The notes beneath the pieces were generated by a model. That model had not been told where the DNA came from. It saw only the letters and a program-made list of their open reading frames with translations, and did no database searches. The translations under genes were made by a program, and so were the position numbers. DNA of 64,000 nt from assembly GCA_947459635.1 (NCBI GenBank), contig CANHEA010000003.1:3386-67385 (forward strand), given 5' to 3'. The DNA is from Flavobacteriaceae bacterium. Its GTDB lineage: Bacteria > Bacteroidota > Bacteroidia > Flavobacteriales > Flavobacteriaceae. This document shows, piece after piece, positions 51,044-60,495 of the stretch (positions are counted from its first letter, which is position 1; every line of letters starts with the position of its first letter).

Positions 51044-51460
51044 ATGAGAAGAATTATTGTTGATTACTCTAAACTGACTAATGAAATTTTGACACTTTTG
51101 GTCGAAAAATTTCCTGACGGATATGATGACTCTAACATTATCCGATTTAGAAATGCCCATAACGAATTGATCGAAGCGGTTGAAGTACGCACGGAAGACA
51201 CTATTTACTTGGTGAAAGTGAGTACAAAACTAGCGAGCAGATTAGAAAAATTTGATGAAGACGACATCGATGATATTGTAGAACCAATCGATGTGATCAA
51301 ATCTATCGACCTAGATGAAGATGCACCATCAGAAGATGAAGATGAAGAAGAAGTTGATGTAACTAAAGATCCTGGCGGATCAGATGACGGAGATGATGAC
51401 GATGATGACGACGACGATTTTGAAGATATTCCAGACGAAGAAGACGAAGACGAAGATTAA
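51044..51460 (+). CDS. Conserved hypothetical protein with polyacidic C-terminal tail
   Basis: N-domain RIIVDY.KL...L..K.PDGY; D/E-rich tail including a run of nine Asp. Confidence 0.85.
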   Translation: MRRIIVDYSKLTNEILTLLVEKFPDGYDDSNIIRFRNAHNELIEAVEVRTEDTIYLVKVSTKLASRLEKFDEDDIDDIVEPIDVIKSIDLDEDAPSEDEDEEEVDVTKDPGGSDDGDDDDDDDDDFEDIPDEEDEDED

Positions 51461-51466
51461 TAATAG

Positions 51467-51495
51467 AAAAGGAACTCAAATGAGTTCCTTTTTTT
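51467..51495. terminator. Bidirectional intrinsic terminator
   Basis: AAAA-GGAACTCA-aa-TGAGTTCC-TTTTTTT between convergent genes. Confidence 0.85.
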
Positions 51496-52012
51496 ATAGA
51501 TAACGTTCTTCAAAAACCCTTTGATGGTGATTTTGATGGCCTATAATTACAAAACCCAACGCACGTACAGACATTGGTTTGTTGGAAGCTATTCCACTTC
51601 GCAGTAATTCTTCCTCCGAAAAAGTCTTAAAAAGTGATAAAGTAGCTTGACGAACAACAGCCAATTCAGTCAACAAATCTTGTATGCTTCTTCGATTGGC
51701 GTTGGCTTCAATAACGTATTCATCTTCATCAAAACTGGCTAAAGCGGTTTGGTCATTTCTAGAAAATCGCAACGCCCGGTAAGCAAAAATTCGTTCTGCA
51801 TCAATCAGATGCTGCAGTATGTCCTTGATGGTCCATTTGCCTTCGGCGTAGCGGTAATCGAATTTATCCATCGGAATGTTTTGAACAAACTTAATTAAGC
51901 GATGCACGGAGATTTCGAGTTCTTCAATCAAGGAATATTCACTAGAAACTTGACTGATATAATTGCCAAAATAAGGCGGATATTCTTCGGGTTGCAATTG
52001 ATTTGTTTTCAT
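51494..52012 (-). CDS. DinB family protein
   Basis: YAEGKWTIK...H..D.ERIF.YRALR...GH..HH. Confidence 0.9.
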   Translation of the reverse strand: MKTNQLQPEEYPPYFGNYISQVSSEYSLIEELEISVHRLIKFVQNIPMDKFDYRYAEGKWTIKDILQHLIDAERIFAYRALRFSRNDQTALASFDEDEYVIEANANRRSIQDLLTELAVVRQATLSLFKTFSEEELLRSGIASNKPMSVRALGFVIIGHQNHHQRVFEERYL

Positions 52013-52021
52013 AAATATTGT

Positions 52022-54571
52022 TTAAGCTGAGTTTCTACTCGCATTTGTATTTCCAAATAACGAACGAGTGACCAATTTCTGATACACTTGAATTAATTTC
52101 TCATCAGGTTTAGCCTCTTGTCTCAACTGATGAATACGCGATAAGGCATATTGTTGCACTGTTAACAAGGGTTTCACGATATTTTCACGCACGGCAATCG
52201 ACGCTTTGCCATCGGGATAATTTTCCATCAACTCTTGATGTCCAGCAATCTTCAACAATAATCGTTTGGTTTCTAAAAATTCGTTGTAAATAATCAGCCA
52301 GAATTCACCAAATTGAGGATCGTCTTTCATATAAGCAGTCAACGGAAAGAAAGACTTGGCCAAAGACATCATACTATTTTCTAGAAGCGTTTTAAAGAAT
52401 AAAGACGAATCATACAAATGTTGAACTTTCTCCCACTGATTGGAATCTTCAAAATGTTTCAAAGCCGTTCCAACTCCAAAAAATCCGGGAACATTTTGCT
52501 TCAACTGGCTCCATGAACCTACAAATGGAATGGCTCTAAGTTCACTAAAATTAAGTGTTTCAGAGTTTTTCCGTTTCGCTGGACGACTTCCGATATTGGT
52601 TTTTGCGTAGTAATTTAAGGTACTCATTTGCTCCAAATAGGGAATAAACTTCGGATGCTTCTTGAAATTAGAATACTTTTCAAATCCGACAGCGGCTAAT
52701 TCATCCAATATCAATTTTTGATCTTCGTTCAGTGAACTGTGATCCTCAGTAAATACTTGGTTTGTCGCACCAGCACTTAATAGATTTTCTAAGTTATATC
52801 GACAAGAATCCAAAGTCCCAAAATTCGAGCTAATGGTTTGTCCTTGCACAGTCACTTGAATTTCTTGATTCTCTATTGCTGAACCTAAAGAAGCGTAAAA
52901 CTTGTGCGTCTTTCCTCCTCCTCTAGCCGGTGGACCGCCACGACCGTCAAAGAAAATTACTTTAATTCCATACTTTCTTGAGATGGTTGTAATTTGTTCT
53001 TTGGCTTTGTAGATACTCCAATTCGCCATCAAGTAGCCGCCGTCTTTCGTTCCGTCGGAGAAGCCAAGCATAACAGTTTGTAGATTTCCACGGCGATTCA
53101 AATGTGCTACGTATGCTGCGCAAGTATACAATTGCTCCATAATCTGCGCTGCATTTTGCAAGTCGTCAATCACTTCAAAAAGCGGAACAATATCAACAGT
53201 CGGTTGATCCCAATCACATTGTCGAATCAAAGCAAACGCTTGAATAACTTGCAGCGCACTATCGCAATTGCTGATGATATAGCGATTACAACCCAATTCA
53301 CCATTTCTTTCCTGAATCGTCTTCATCGCATAAATGGAAGAAAGTGTCGCTTGCGTTAGTTCATCGGCAAAGTCAACTGGATCCAATTTCCCTTGCATTG
53401 CAGCAATAGTATTTAGTCTTTCTATGTCAGAACCCTGAATTGGAAGCTTCACTATTTCAGCGAAAACTTGCTCGTGAATTTTACTGTTTTGGCGAATATC
53501 CAAAGACGAAAAATGAAAACCAAAAAGCTTGACTTTGTTGATAAATTCGTTTAATTCATCTAAATATAAAGACTGGTGCTCTTGAATGATTAAAATTCTA
53601 ATCTGCTCCAACTGTTGTTGAAGTTCCTCCAGTGTGATGTAAATCTCACCAACAGAATAAAAGACAGAACGATAAATTTTTGATTCGAGGTCAGCAATCA
53701 AGACATCTACTTTCGAAAAAGTAAGTTTTCTTTTTAGTTCTCTAAGGTCTCTATAATAACACTTTAAGATTGAAGTTCGCAAGCGATCCGCCACATTCAA
53801 AGTGATTTCTGTTGTGACAAATGGATTTCCATCTCGGTCGCCACCGGGCCAAAATCCCAAATCAAAAATGGAATTCTGAATACTTTCGTTGGCAAAAATA
53901 TTCTTCTGAATATAACTCAATATTTCGCCGCTCGTTTCGTAGAAAACATTTTCAAGATACCAGGTCAAACTTACAGCTTCATCATATGGCGTAGGTTTTT
54001 GTTGTTTGATAAACGGCGTTTTCCCTAATTGGGAGAGTAGTTTTTTTATTTCGACTAAGTCATCAACGCGAATGGCCTCGGTGAGATCTGTAATGATTCC
54101 GAGAACCGCGCCAGGATAAAACTGCGTTGGATGTGCGGTCAAAACGGGGCGAACTTTGAATGATTCTAGAAACGATTTCAGTTCCTCTAACTTTCCTTTA
54201 TCATCCGCATTTTCCTTGATATCACGCAACGAACCTTTCCCTTCCAAATTATTAACGACTGCAAAAGCGGCATCTTCGATGGCATCAAAAAGAACAATCT
54301 GCCTTTCAATATATTGAATAAATCGAAATAGCAAATCAATGCGATCCCACTCTGAACTATTATCTAAATACTTGGCACTAAAGAAATCAACAATCTGAAT
54401 CGGAGTTTCGTGCTTTTTGAAACCCTTCTCGCAAACTTCTGAAAACAAAGGAAGTAAAACGCCCGTATTATCAATAGAAGCAAATGGTAAAGTCAAAAAC
54501 ACACTGTTATACACTTGGTATTTTGACAATACATGTTGATTAAAGCGTTCGATTTTAGGAAGTGTGTACAT
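52022..54571 (-). CDS. ppc: Phosphoenolpyruvate carboxylase
   Basis: VLTAHPT, GGDRDGNP, LDIRQ, VPLFE, VMLGFSDG.KDGG, GRGG...RGG, LRAIP. Confidence 0.96.
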   Translation of the reverse strand: MYTLPKIERFNQHVLSKYQVYNSVFLTLPFASIDNTGVLLPLFSEVCEKGFKKHETPIQIVDFFSAKYLDNSSEWDRIDLLFRFIQYIERQIVLFDAIEDAAFAVVNNLEGKGSLRDIKENADDKGKLEELKSFLESFKVRPVLTAHPTQFYPGAVLGIITDLTEAIRVDDLVEIKKLLSQLGKTPFIKQQKPTPYDEAVSLTWYLENVFYETSGEILSYIQKNIFANESIQNSIFDLGFWPGGDRDGNPFVTTEITLNVADRLRTSILKCYYRDLRELKRKLTFSKVDVLIADLESKIYRSVFYSVGEIYITLEELQQQLEQIRILIIQEHQSLYLDELNEFINKVKLFGFHFSSLDIRQNSKIHEQVFAEIVKLPIQGSDIERLNTIAAMQGKLDPVDFADELTQATLSSIYAMKTIQERNGELGCNRYIISNCDSALQVIQAFALIRQCDWDQPTVDIVPLFEVIDDLQNAAQIMEQLYTCAAYVAHLNRRGNLQTVMLGFSDGTKDGGYLMANWSIYKAKEQITTISRKYGIKVIFFDGRGGPPARGGGKTHKFYASLGSAIENQEIQVTVQGQTISSNFGTLDSCRYNLENLLSAGATNQVFTEDHSSLNEDQKLILDELAAVGFEKYSNFKKHPKFIPYLEQMSTLNYYAKTNIGSRPAKRKNSETLNFSELRAIPFVGSWSQLKQNVPGFFGVGTALKHFEDSNQWEKVQHLYDSSLFFKTLLENSMMSLAKSFFPLTAYMKDDPQFGEFWLIIYNEFLETKRLLLKIAGHQELMENYPDGKASIAVRENIVKPLLTVQQYALSRIHQLRQEAKPDEKLIQVYQKLVTRSLFGNTNASRNSA

Positions 54572-54646
54572 TCAAGTATCGATTTAAAAATAAAAAACCC
54601 CAAGCGTCAACTTGAGGTTCCATTATATATAATGTGTTCAAGTTGC

Positions 54647-55126
54647 TTACATATTCTTGAAAATCGTATGCATCAAACGTTTTTTATCGTTGATACTTTC
54701 TTCTAACGAAATCATCGTTTCTGTTCTGTAAACACCTTCAATATCGTCAATCATAAAGATAACTTCTTTGGCATGTTTGGTATCTTTTGCTCTAATTTTA
54801 CAGAAAATGTTGAATTTACCTGTTGTTACAGAAGCAACTGTGATATATGGAATCTCATTAATGCGCTCTAAAACAAATTTTGTTTGAGAAGTATTGTTCA
54901 AGAATACACCAATATAGGCAATAAATGAATAGCCCAATTTGTCATAATCTAAAACCAATGATGAACCCATGATAATTCCAGCATCTTCCATTTTCTTCAC
55001 TCTGACGTGAACGGTTCCAGCAGATATTAATAATTTTTTTGCAATATCAGTGAATGGAATTCTAGTGTTGTCAATCAACATGTCTAAAATCTGATGATCC
55101 ACTTCATCTAATCGAAACTTACTCAT
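54647..55126 (-). CDS. Lrp/AsnC family transcriptional regulator
   Basis: LDEVD..IL..L..N.R.PF..IA..L..S..TV..RV..M...GII; RAM domain. Confidence 0.95.
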   Translation of the reverse strand: MSKFRLDEVDHQILDMLIDNTRIPFTDIAKKLLISAGTVHVRVKKMEDAGIIMGSSLVLDYDKLGYSFIAYIGVFLNNTSQTKFVLERINEIPYITVASVTTGKFNIFCKIRAKDTKHAKEVIFMIDDIEGVYRTETMISLEESINDKKRLMHTIFKNM

Positions 55127-55207
55127 AACTATAAAATTGTTTGTTTTTGTTTTTCGCTACAATTTAAAAAAACTTACTGAACAATCTGCTATAAAATTCT
55201 AAAAAAA

Positions 55208-56362
55208 TTAATTTAATGGTACACCATTAACAATTTTGATATTTTTTCCTAAACAAAAGTCAGCTTTTGCATTTAATTTCGGAATATTATCTTCTCCATC
55301 TGAGTATTCGGCATCTTTTGCGTCGTACGCTACATGGCCAAAATAAGATTCCAAACTTCCTATTTCACTAAAATAAGCAGTAAATGAAATCTGATTGTCA
55401 AATAACTCCTCCTTAAATTGAATGGCAAAATTCGTACTTTTTACAATACCATCATAATTTATTTTGACATTTTTATAAACAATATCGTAAAAAACGACTT
55501 TATTTTGAGGAATTCTCAAGTAATCTTCAATTTCGTTATTAACTATAACGTTTTCGTAAATATGCAACAATCCTGAAATTAAAGCTAAAAAAACAAACTT
55601 TCTAGTTTTCTCTCTTTGATAATCTCCAGGAAAATGTCCTGCTTCAAAAAGTATGGTTGGCACACCCAATGACTGAAACGTGTCGCCAACACAATTCAAA
55701 TTGAAGGCATCATCAAATCGCCCGACTTGACTTGGAATTAACTTTTGTAAGGTCGCATTCATTGCCACTATCACGTCAACTGCTTTTGTTCGCGTGGCAT
55801 TATACGAGCATTCTTCGTTGTACGAAGGCGCCAAAAAGGAAACCGTAGCAGGATTTCCAGTTGATCCAGCACCAAAAATAGTTCGTTGATCATGCAAATT
55901 GTAACAGTAATCTGGCTGAAACGCATCAAAAGCTTTTCGCAATATTTGGCTTTCAGGTTGTGACAGATTTTGGGCATCTCGATTCAAATCGATACCATTC
56001 GCATTCTCCCTAGTGTAGGCTGTTGCACCATCTGGGTTTAACATCGGAAAACACAATAAAGTAAAATGATCCAGTAACTTTTGTGCATCTTCAGTTCCGC
56101 CATGTAGAAATAATAGTAAATCTAATAGCGCTTTTGTAGTGGTACTTTCATTACCATGCATTTGCGACCACAACAGGATTTTGGTTTTCCCAGTTCCAAT
56201 TTCAAAGGAATAAATTGGTTTCTCTAAAACAGAATATCCTTCAATGTTCAACTGTTGATTGGTATTCCATTGCATCAAAATGGGTTCAATGGTTTCTAGT
56301 GTCACGTAGCGTCCTGATACACTTTCCACTTTATATTCTTCGATGATTTGCTCGAGGTTCAT
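55208..56362 (-). CDS. M14 family zinc carboxypeptidase-like protein
   Basis: MHGNE, NPDG, R.NANG.DLNR, NLH, LFE.G. Confidence 0.9.
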   Translation of the reverse strand: MNLEQIIEEYKVESVSGRYVTLETIEPILMQWNTNQQLNIEGYSVLEKPIYSFEIGTGKTKILLWSQMHGNESTTTKALLDLLLFLHGGTEDAQKLLDHFTLLCFPMLNPDGATAYTRENANGIDLNRDAQNLSQPESQILRKAFDAFQPDYCYNLHDQRTIFGAGSTGNPATVSFLAPSYNEECSYNATRTKAVDVIVAMNATLQKLIPSQVGRFDDAFNLNCVGDTFQSLGVPTILFEAGHFPGDYQREKTRKFVFLALISGLLHIYENVIVNNEIEDYLRIPQNKVVFYDIVYKNVKINYDGIVKSTNFAIQFKEELFDNQISFTAYFSEIGSLESYFGHVAYDAKDAEYSDGEDNIPKLNAKADFCLGKNIKIVNGVPLN

Positions 56363-56382
56363 ACTATTTGTTTTAAAAAATT

Positions 56383-56955
56383 CTAATTTGAAGAATCCAA
56401 AGTCTTATATTCGAAACTCTTTTCTGGTACTTTTCCTTTTACATTATCAAAATGCGGCATAAGCAGTTCCAGATCTTCTTCTAGATTTCCAGTTGGAAAA
56501 AACGGCTGCCCGATTTGCACTTCTTTTTGTCCAAAATTAAATGCAACTGGAATAATCGGAACTTTTGCTTTGAGTGCAATGTAATAAAACCCAGATTTCA
56601 ATTCAGTCACCTTTTTCCTTGTGCCTTCTGGTGAAATGGCCAACCTAAAAACGTCTTTCTTCTCAAAAATCGCAGCGATAGAATCTACTTTATTTAAACC
56701 GCCTGTGCGATCTAGAGGCGCGCCGCCCATCCATCTGAAATACCAACCCAAAGGAAAACGAAACAGTTCTTTCTTTCCGACGAAATTCATTTCTAAACCC
56801 GTAATTCCACGTGTAAAAAGTCCCAAAAAAAAATCGTGCCAACTCGTATGTGGAATAACCATCAGTACACACTTCCTTATTCCCGGATCTAATTCTCCAG
56901 TAATTTTCCACCCCATCAATCGACAGAAAATAAAGTTATACAGCCATTTCTTCAT
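56383..56955 (-). CDS. PlsC-like acyltransferase
   Basis: PHTSWHD (HxxxxD), K.ELF, DR, SPEGTR. Confidence 0.9.
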   Translation of the reverse strand: MKKWLYNFIFCRLMGWKITGELDPGIRKCVLMVIPHTSWHDFFLGLFTRGITGLEMNFVGKKELFRFPLGWYFRWMGGAPLDRTGGLNKVDSIAAIFEKKDVFRLAISPEGTRKKVTELKSGFYYIALKAKVPIIPVAFNFGQKEVQIGQPFFPTGNLEEDLELLMPHFDNVKGKVPEKSFEYKTLDSSN

Positions 56956-57013
56956 CGTAAACTATTTCTGTAAAATTAACATTAATCTCCTATTTTTGAA
57001 GAAAATAATTTCC

Positions 57014-57682
57014 ATGATTCGCAGACTTCTCAGTTATCTCATTCCAATCAATGTTTATCAGAAGAATTCTGCAATTAGTCAATCGATTGAAGTGAATTGG
57101 AACAACGGTGAATTGGTACTTGATTCCAAAAACACCAACTATTCCTACGGCAGCCTTCAACGTATTTTACGGATCGGATTAAAAAAAATTGGTTTCAAGA
57201 CGATTCAATCTATGGAATCGATTGTTGTTCTCGGCGTTGGTGGCGGCAGTGTGATCAAAACACTTGTTGACGAAGTGAAATTTGAAGGAAAAATCACTGG
57301 TGTCGAAATAGATCAAGAGGTCATTCAAATTGCCAATGACTATTTTAAATTGGACAAGATTTCTAATCTATCAATCGTCATTGATGATGCATTTGAATTC
57401 GTTCTAAAAACAAAAGATACCTATGATTTGATTATTATCGATGTTTTTGAAGATACCAAAATGCCCAATTTTCTTTATGAAAAATTCTTCATGAATCGAA
57501 TCGGAGAGCTCTTGAACAACAAAGGCTTTATCCTGTTCAACACGATGCTTCTTGATGAAAAACAGAACCTCAGAAATCTGCAATATCTAAAAAATTTTAA
57601 TACAGAAACCTATTCGACTTATGCCATCCCGCGTGTGGAAAGACATAATGAATTAATTATCGTACAAAAGAACATTAAATAA
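57014..57682 (+). CDS. SAM-dependent methyltransferase / spermidine-synthase-like protein (start ATG 57014)
   Basis: NYSYGSLQ, VLGVGGGS, GVEID, DDA, DLIIIDVF. Confidence 0.85.
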   Translation: MIRRLLSYLIPINVYQKNSAISQSIEVNWNNGELVLDSKNTNYSYGSLQRILRIGLKKIGFKTIQSMESIVVLGVGGGSVIKTLVDEVKFEGKITGVEIDQEVIQIANDYFKLDKISNLSIVIDDAFEFVLKTKDTYDLIIIDVFEDTKMPNFLYEKFFMNRIGELLNNKGFILFNTMLLDEKQNLRNLQYLKNFNTETYSTYAIPRVERHNELIIVQKNIK

Positions 57683-57717
57683 TAGGAATGGTCAACTTTG
57701 CTTCTATAGCTTCATTC

Positions 57718-58668
57718 ATGAAAAATAAGACTACGATTTCCATTCTTACCGCGGTCTTTGTACTGGTCGCTTTTACGCCCATTAAAGAAAGTAATACCAT
57801 CAAAGCGGCAATAAAAATGCAAGATTTTGTGATTGAAATTTCAACGTATGCCCGAGCCATCAATCCTAATTTCATCATTATTCCGCAAAACGGAGCAGAA
57901 TTACCGTTTGAAAAATTAGACACCAATGGCAAATTCAAAGCTACTTATATGGATGCCATTGATGGCATCGCAGTAGAAGATTTGTTTTACCACGGAAAAC
58001 CAAAAGTCGATAATTACCGTCTGCAATTGCTCAGAAAAATCCAACAAGAAAAGAAAGTCTTGGTCTCGGATTTTATTACCCAAGATGAAGCGATTGCAAC
58101 CGTAAAAACGCAGAGCACAAAAGAAGAATTCCTGCTCTTCCCAAGAACAAAAACCAATATGCATTACCGCGAGATTCCAGATGTGGTGCCCAACGAGAAT
58201 GCGAATGACGTTTTAAAATTGAGCGACGCCAAAAACTATTTGTATCTCATCAATCCTGCGGATATTAGAACTAAAAGAGCTTTTATAAAAGCTGTTGCTG
58301 ATACGAATTTCGACCTAGTCGCTATCGACTTATTTTTCAATGGCGAACCGCTTACTGCCAACGATGTTGCGCAAATGAAAACGAAAGCCAACGGAGGAAA
58401 GCGGCTCCTTCTTTCGTATGTTAATATTGGAGCTGCAGAAAACTGGCGATATTATTGGAATCGCAATTGGAAACTCAATAATCCCACTTGGTTGAAAAAG
58501 AAGTATGCTGGTTATGCCGATGAAATTTATGTGCAATTCTGGCACGAGGACTGGAAGAAAATTATCTATGGAAATCCCGAATCGTACGTCAAGAAGATTG
58601 CAGACGCTGGTTTCGACGGCGCTTTTTTAGATAATGTTGAAGCTTATTATTTCTTGTACAATAAGTAA
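57718..58668 (+). CDS. GH114/TM1410-like endo-alpha-1,4-polygalactosaminidase
   Basis: Signal peptide; IIIPQNG, IDG..VEDL, SY.NIG.AE.WRYYW, GFDGAFLD. Confidence 0.8.
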   Translation: MKNKTTISILTAVFVLVAFTPIKESNTIKAAIKMQDFVIEISTYARAINPNFIIIPQNGAELPFEKLDTNGKFKATYMDAIDGIAVEDLFYHGKPKVDNYRLQLLRKIQQEKKVLVSDFITQDEAIATVKTQSTKEEFLLFPRTKTNMHYREIPDVVPNENANDVLKLSDAKNYLYLINPADIRTKRAFIKAVADTNFDLVAIDLFFNGEPLTANDVAQMKTKANGGKRLLLSYVNIGAAENWRYYWNRNWKLNNPTWLKKKYAGYADEIYVQFWHEDWKKIIYGNPESYVKKIADAGFDGAFLDNVEAYYFLYNK

Positions 58669-58751
58669 AATATCCTTTGTTACTCATCAAATTTATTGTA
58701 CTTTTAAGTGCCACCAAATCGTGTTGATTGCGAACCTAATTCAAACACAAC

Positions 58752-59474
58752 ATGCCAAAACCAAAACAATCCATCTTAGCGAAACTCCTAATCGGAAACG
58801 TGTCACGCTTGCCGAATGCGAAGTATAATCCAATTCAGAAACGTATTCTGAACATCAAATCCATTTGGAACAACGATCACCAAGATGACAACGGAATCGA
58901 AAAAATTATACGTTTGCTACTGTCGTTTTCTCAAATGCTTTTTCCAGGAATTTACATCAAGTACCTAGCGTCCAAAATCGGGAATCAATATGAAGATTTG
59001 GCGCTTGATTTATACATATTATTAAAGGTAACTTTTCCCTTTCTAATGATTTTGTATGATTGGCATCAGTTTCATTTTCTGATCTGGATTTTGATTTATT
59101 TCTTATTAGAAACCATATTGTACATTCCTACATTGATTTTCGCCTCCGATTTGTTTTCAAGACCGCGATCTTACAAGCGTTCGATGTTGTTGCTGTTCTT
59201 TAATTATTTGGAAATTGTCTTGGCATACGCCGTTTTATACTCTTGTGGCAATAATCTCAACAAGCCTTTTCTGCATTGGTTTGACGCAGTATATTTTAGC
59301 ATCATCACGTCGTCATCTATCGGTTATGGCGATTTCTATCCAGTGACTACTTACGGCAAATTCCTCGTCAGCACGCAAGCCTTGTTGTTTTTGTTCTTCG
59401 TCGTTTTGTTTTTGAATTTTTTCTCCACGCAAATCAAAAGTAAAGGCTATTTTGACCACGAAAACAAAGAATAA
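58752..59474 (+). CDS. Potassium channel family (ion_trans_2) membrane protein
   Basis: DAVYFSIITSSSIGYGDFYP.T..GK pore region flanked by TM helices. Confidence 0.88.
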   Translation: MPKPKQSILAKLLIGNVSRLPNAKYNPIQKRILNIKSIWNNDHQDDNGIEKIIRLLLSFSQMLFPGIYIKYLASKIGNQYEDLALDLYILLKVTFPFLMILYDWHQFHFLIWILIYFLLETILYIPTLIFASDLFSRPRSYKRSMLLLFFNYLEIVLAYAVLYSCGNNLNKPFLHWFDAVYFSIITSSSIGYGDFYPVTTYGKFLVSTQALLFLFFVVLFLNFFSTQIKSKGYFDHENKE

Positions 59475-59476
59475 AC

Positions 59477-59522
59477 TTTGCTTCTTTGCGAGAGTTAGTT
59501 AATTTTGGCGCAAAGAAGCAAA
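59477..59522. terminator. 14-bp perfect inverted repeat between convergent genes (CGCAAAG repeat family)
   Basis: TTTGCTTCTTTGCG-18nt-CGCAAAGAAGCAAA. Confidence 0.65.
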
Positions 59523-59529
59523 TAAATAT

Positions 59530-60255
59530 TTAAAGTAATTTTTTGGCGCGCTCCAAATCTTCCGGAGTATCAATGCCAATGCTAACGTGAGTAGTTTCGA
59601 CCATTTTGATCCGTTTGCCAAATTCTAAATAACGCAATTGCTCCAGTTTTTCCGAAGCTTCCAGCGATTTCATTGGCAAATGATAGAAATCGATCAACGC
59701 CTGTTTTCGAAAAGCATAAATGCCAATGTGTTGAAAATACCGAACACCAACATTTCTTTCTCGTGGATAAGGAATTACCGACCGTGAAAAGTACAACGCC
59801 ATCCCATTTTGATCCACCACAACTTTGACGTTATTCGGATTATTGATGTCATTTTCGTCTGTAATTTCACGCATCAAAGAAGCCAAATCAATCTTTCCTT
59901 CACCATCATTTCTAAAAACATCAATCACTTTCGACAGCGAATCTCGATCGATAAAAGGTTCATCGCCTTGCACATTCACGACAATATCCACGTCCAAATT
60001 TTCAACTGCTTCTGCAATTCGATCGCTTCCCGATTCGTGTTCTTTAATACTTCTGATGGCTTTTCCGCCTTGCGCAACAATCTCATCAAAAATCAAATCC
60101 GAATCCGTCACGACAAACACTTCATCAAATAGTTTTGTGTTTACTGCCGCTTCGTAAGTCCTAGTAATCACCGTTTTGCCTCCTAAATCCTGCATCAATT
60201 TCGCAGGAAATCGGGTTGAAGCGTAACGAGCGGGAATAACAGCGATGATTTTCAT
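59530..60255 (-). CDS. kdsB: 3-deoxy-manno-octulosonate cytidylyltransferase
   Basis: [47 protein letters not shown]. Confidence 0.97.
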   Translation of the reverse strand: MKIIAVIPARYASTRFPAKLMQDLGGKTVITRTYEAAVNTKLFDEVFVVTDSDLIFDEIVAQGGKAIRSIKEHESGSDRIAEAVENLDVDIVVNVQGDEPFIDRDSLSKVIDVFRNDGEGKIDLASLMREITDENDINNPNNVKVVVDQNGMALYFSRSVIPYPRERNVGVRYFQHIGIYAFRKQALIDFYHLPMKSLEASEKLEQLRYLEFGKRIKMVETTHVSIGIDTPEDLERAKKLL

Positions 60256-60259
60256 TTTG

Positions 60260-60495
60260 GAGTTTCTGAGTTTCTGAGTTTCTGAGTTTGAAGTCGCTAA
60301 GTTAGTGAGTTTTTTTTATTTTGGAAGCTGTTTCCTGCTATCCGCTTTATCTTTTTTGCTTGTCACCCCGAGCGCAGTCGAGGGGATTTTCTTCGCAAAA
60401 AAGGATGCCGCTCCTATCAGGGCTATGGTTTTCCGTATACCCAGACGAACTCAGTACCTCAGTAACTCAGCCAGTCAGTCACTTAGTATCTCAGT
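60260..60495. repeat. Inverted 8-bp tandem arrays (CTGAGTT / AACTCAG) bracketing structured repeat copy 3
   Basis: (gagtttct)x3 plus degenerate units at 60260-60310; aactcagt-type x6 at 60448-60495. Confidence 0.8.
60323..60425 (+). ncRNA. Structured intergenic repeat, copy 3 (Flavo-1-like) with nested REP-like hairpin at 60361-60385
   Basis: GGAAGC..CCTGCT..CGCT..ATCTTTTTTGC[TGTCACCCCGAGCGCAGTCGAGGGG..]GCAAAAAAGGAT..CGCT..ATCAGGGCTA. Confidence 0.72.

Noticed and set aside
51330-51457. GAY/GAA trinucleotide-like repeats as a contingency microsatellite
   Set aside because: Mixed synonymous codons encoding the acidic tail, not a pure slippage tract.
56621-57013. 131-aa N-terminal extension of the methyltransferase ORF
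   Set aside because: It is the antisense shadow of the acyltransferase gene; the plausible start is ATG 57014.
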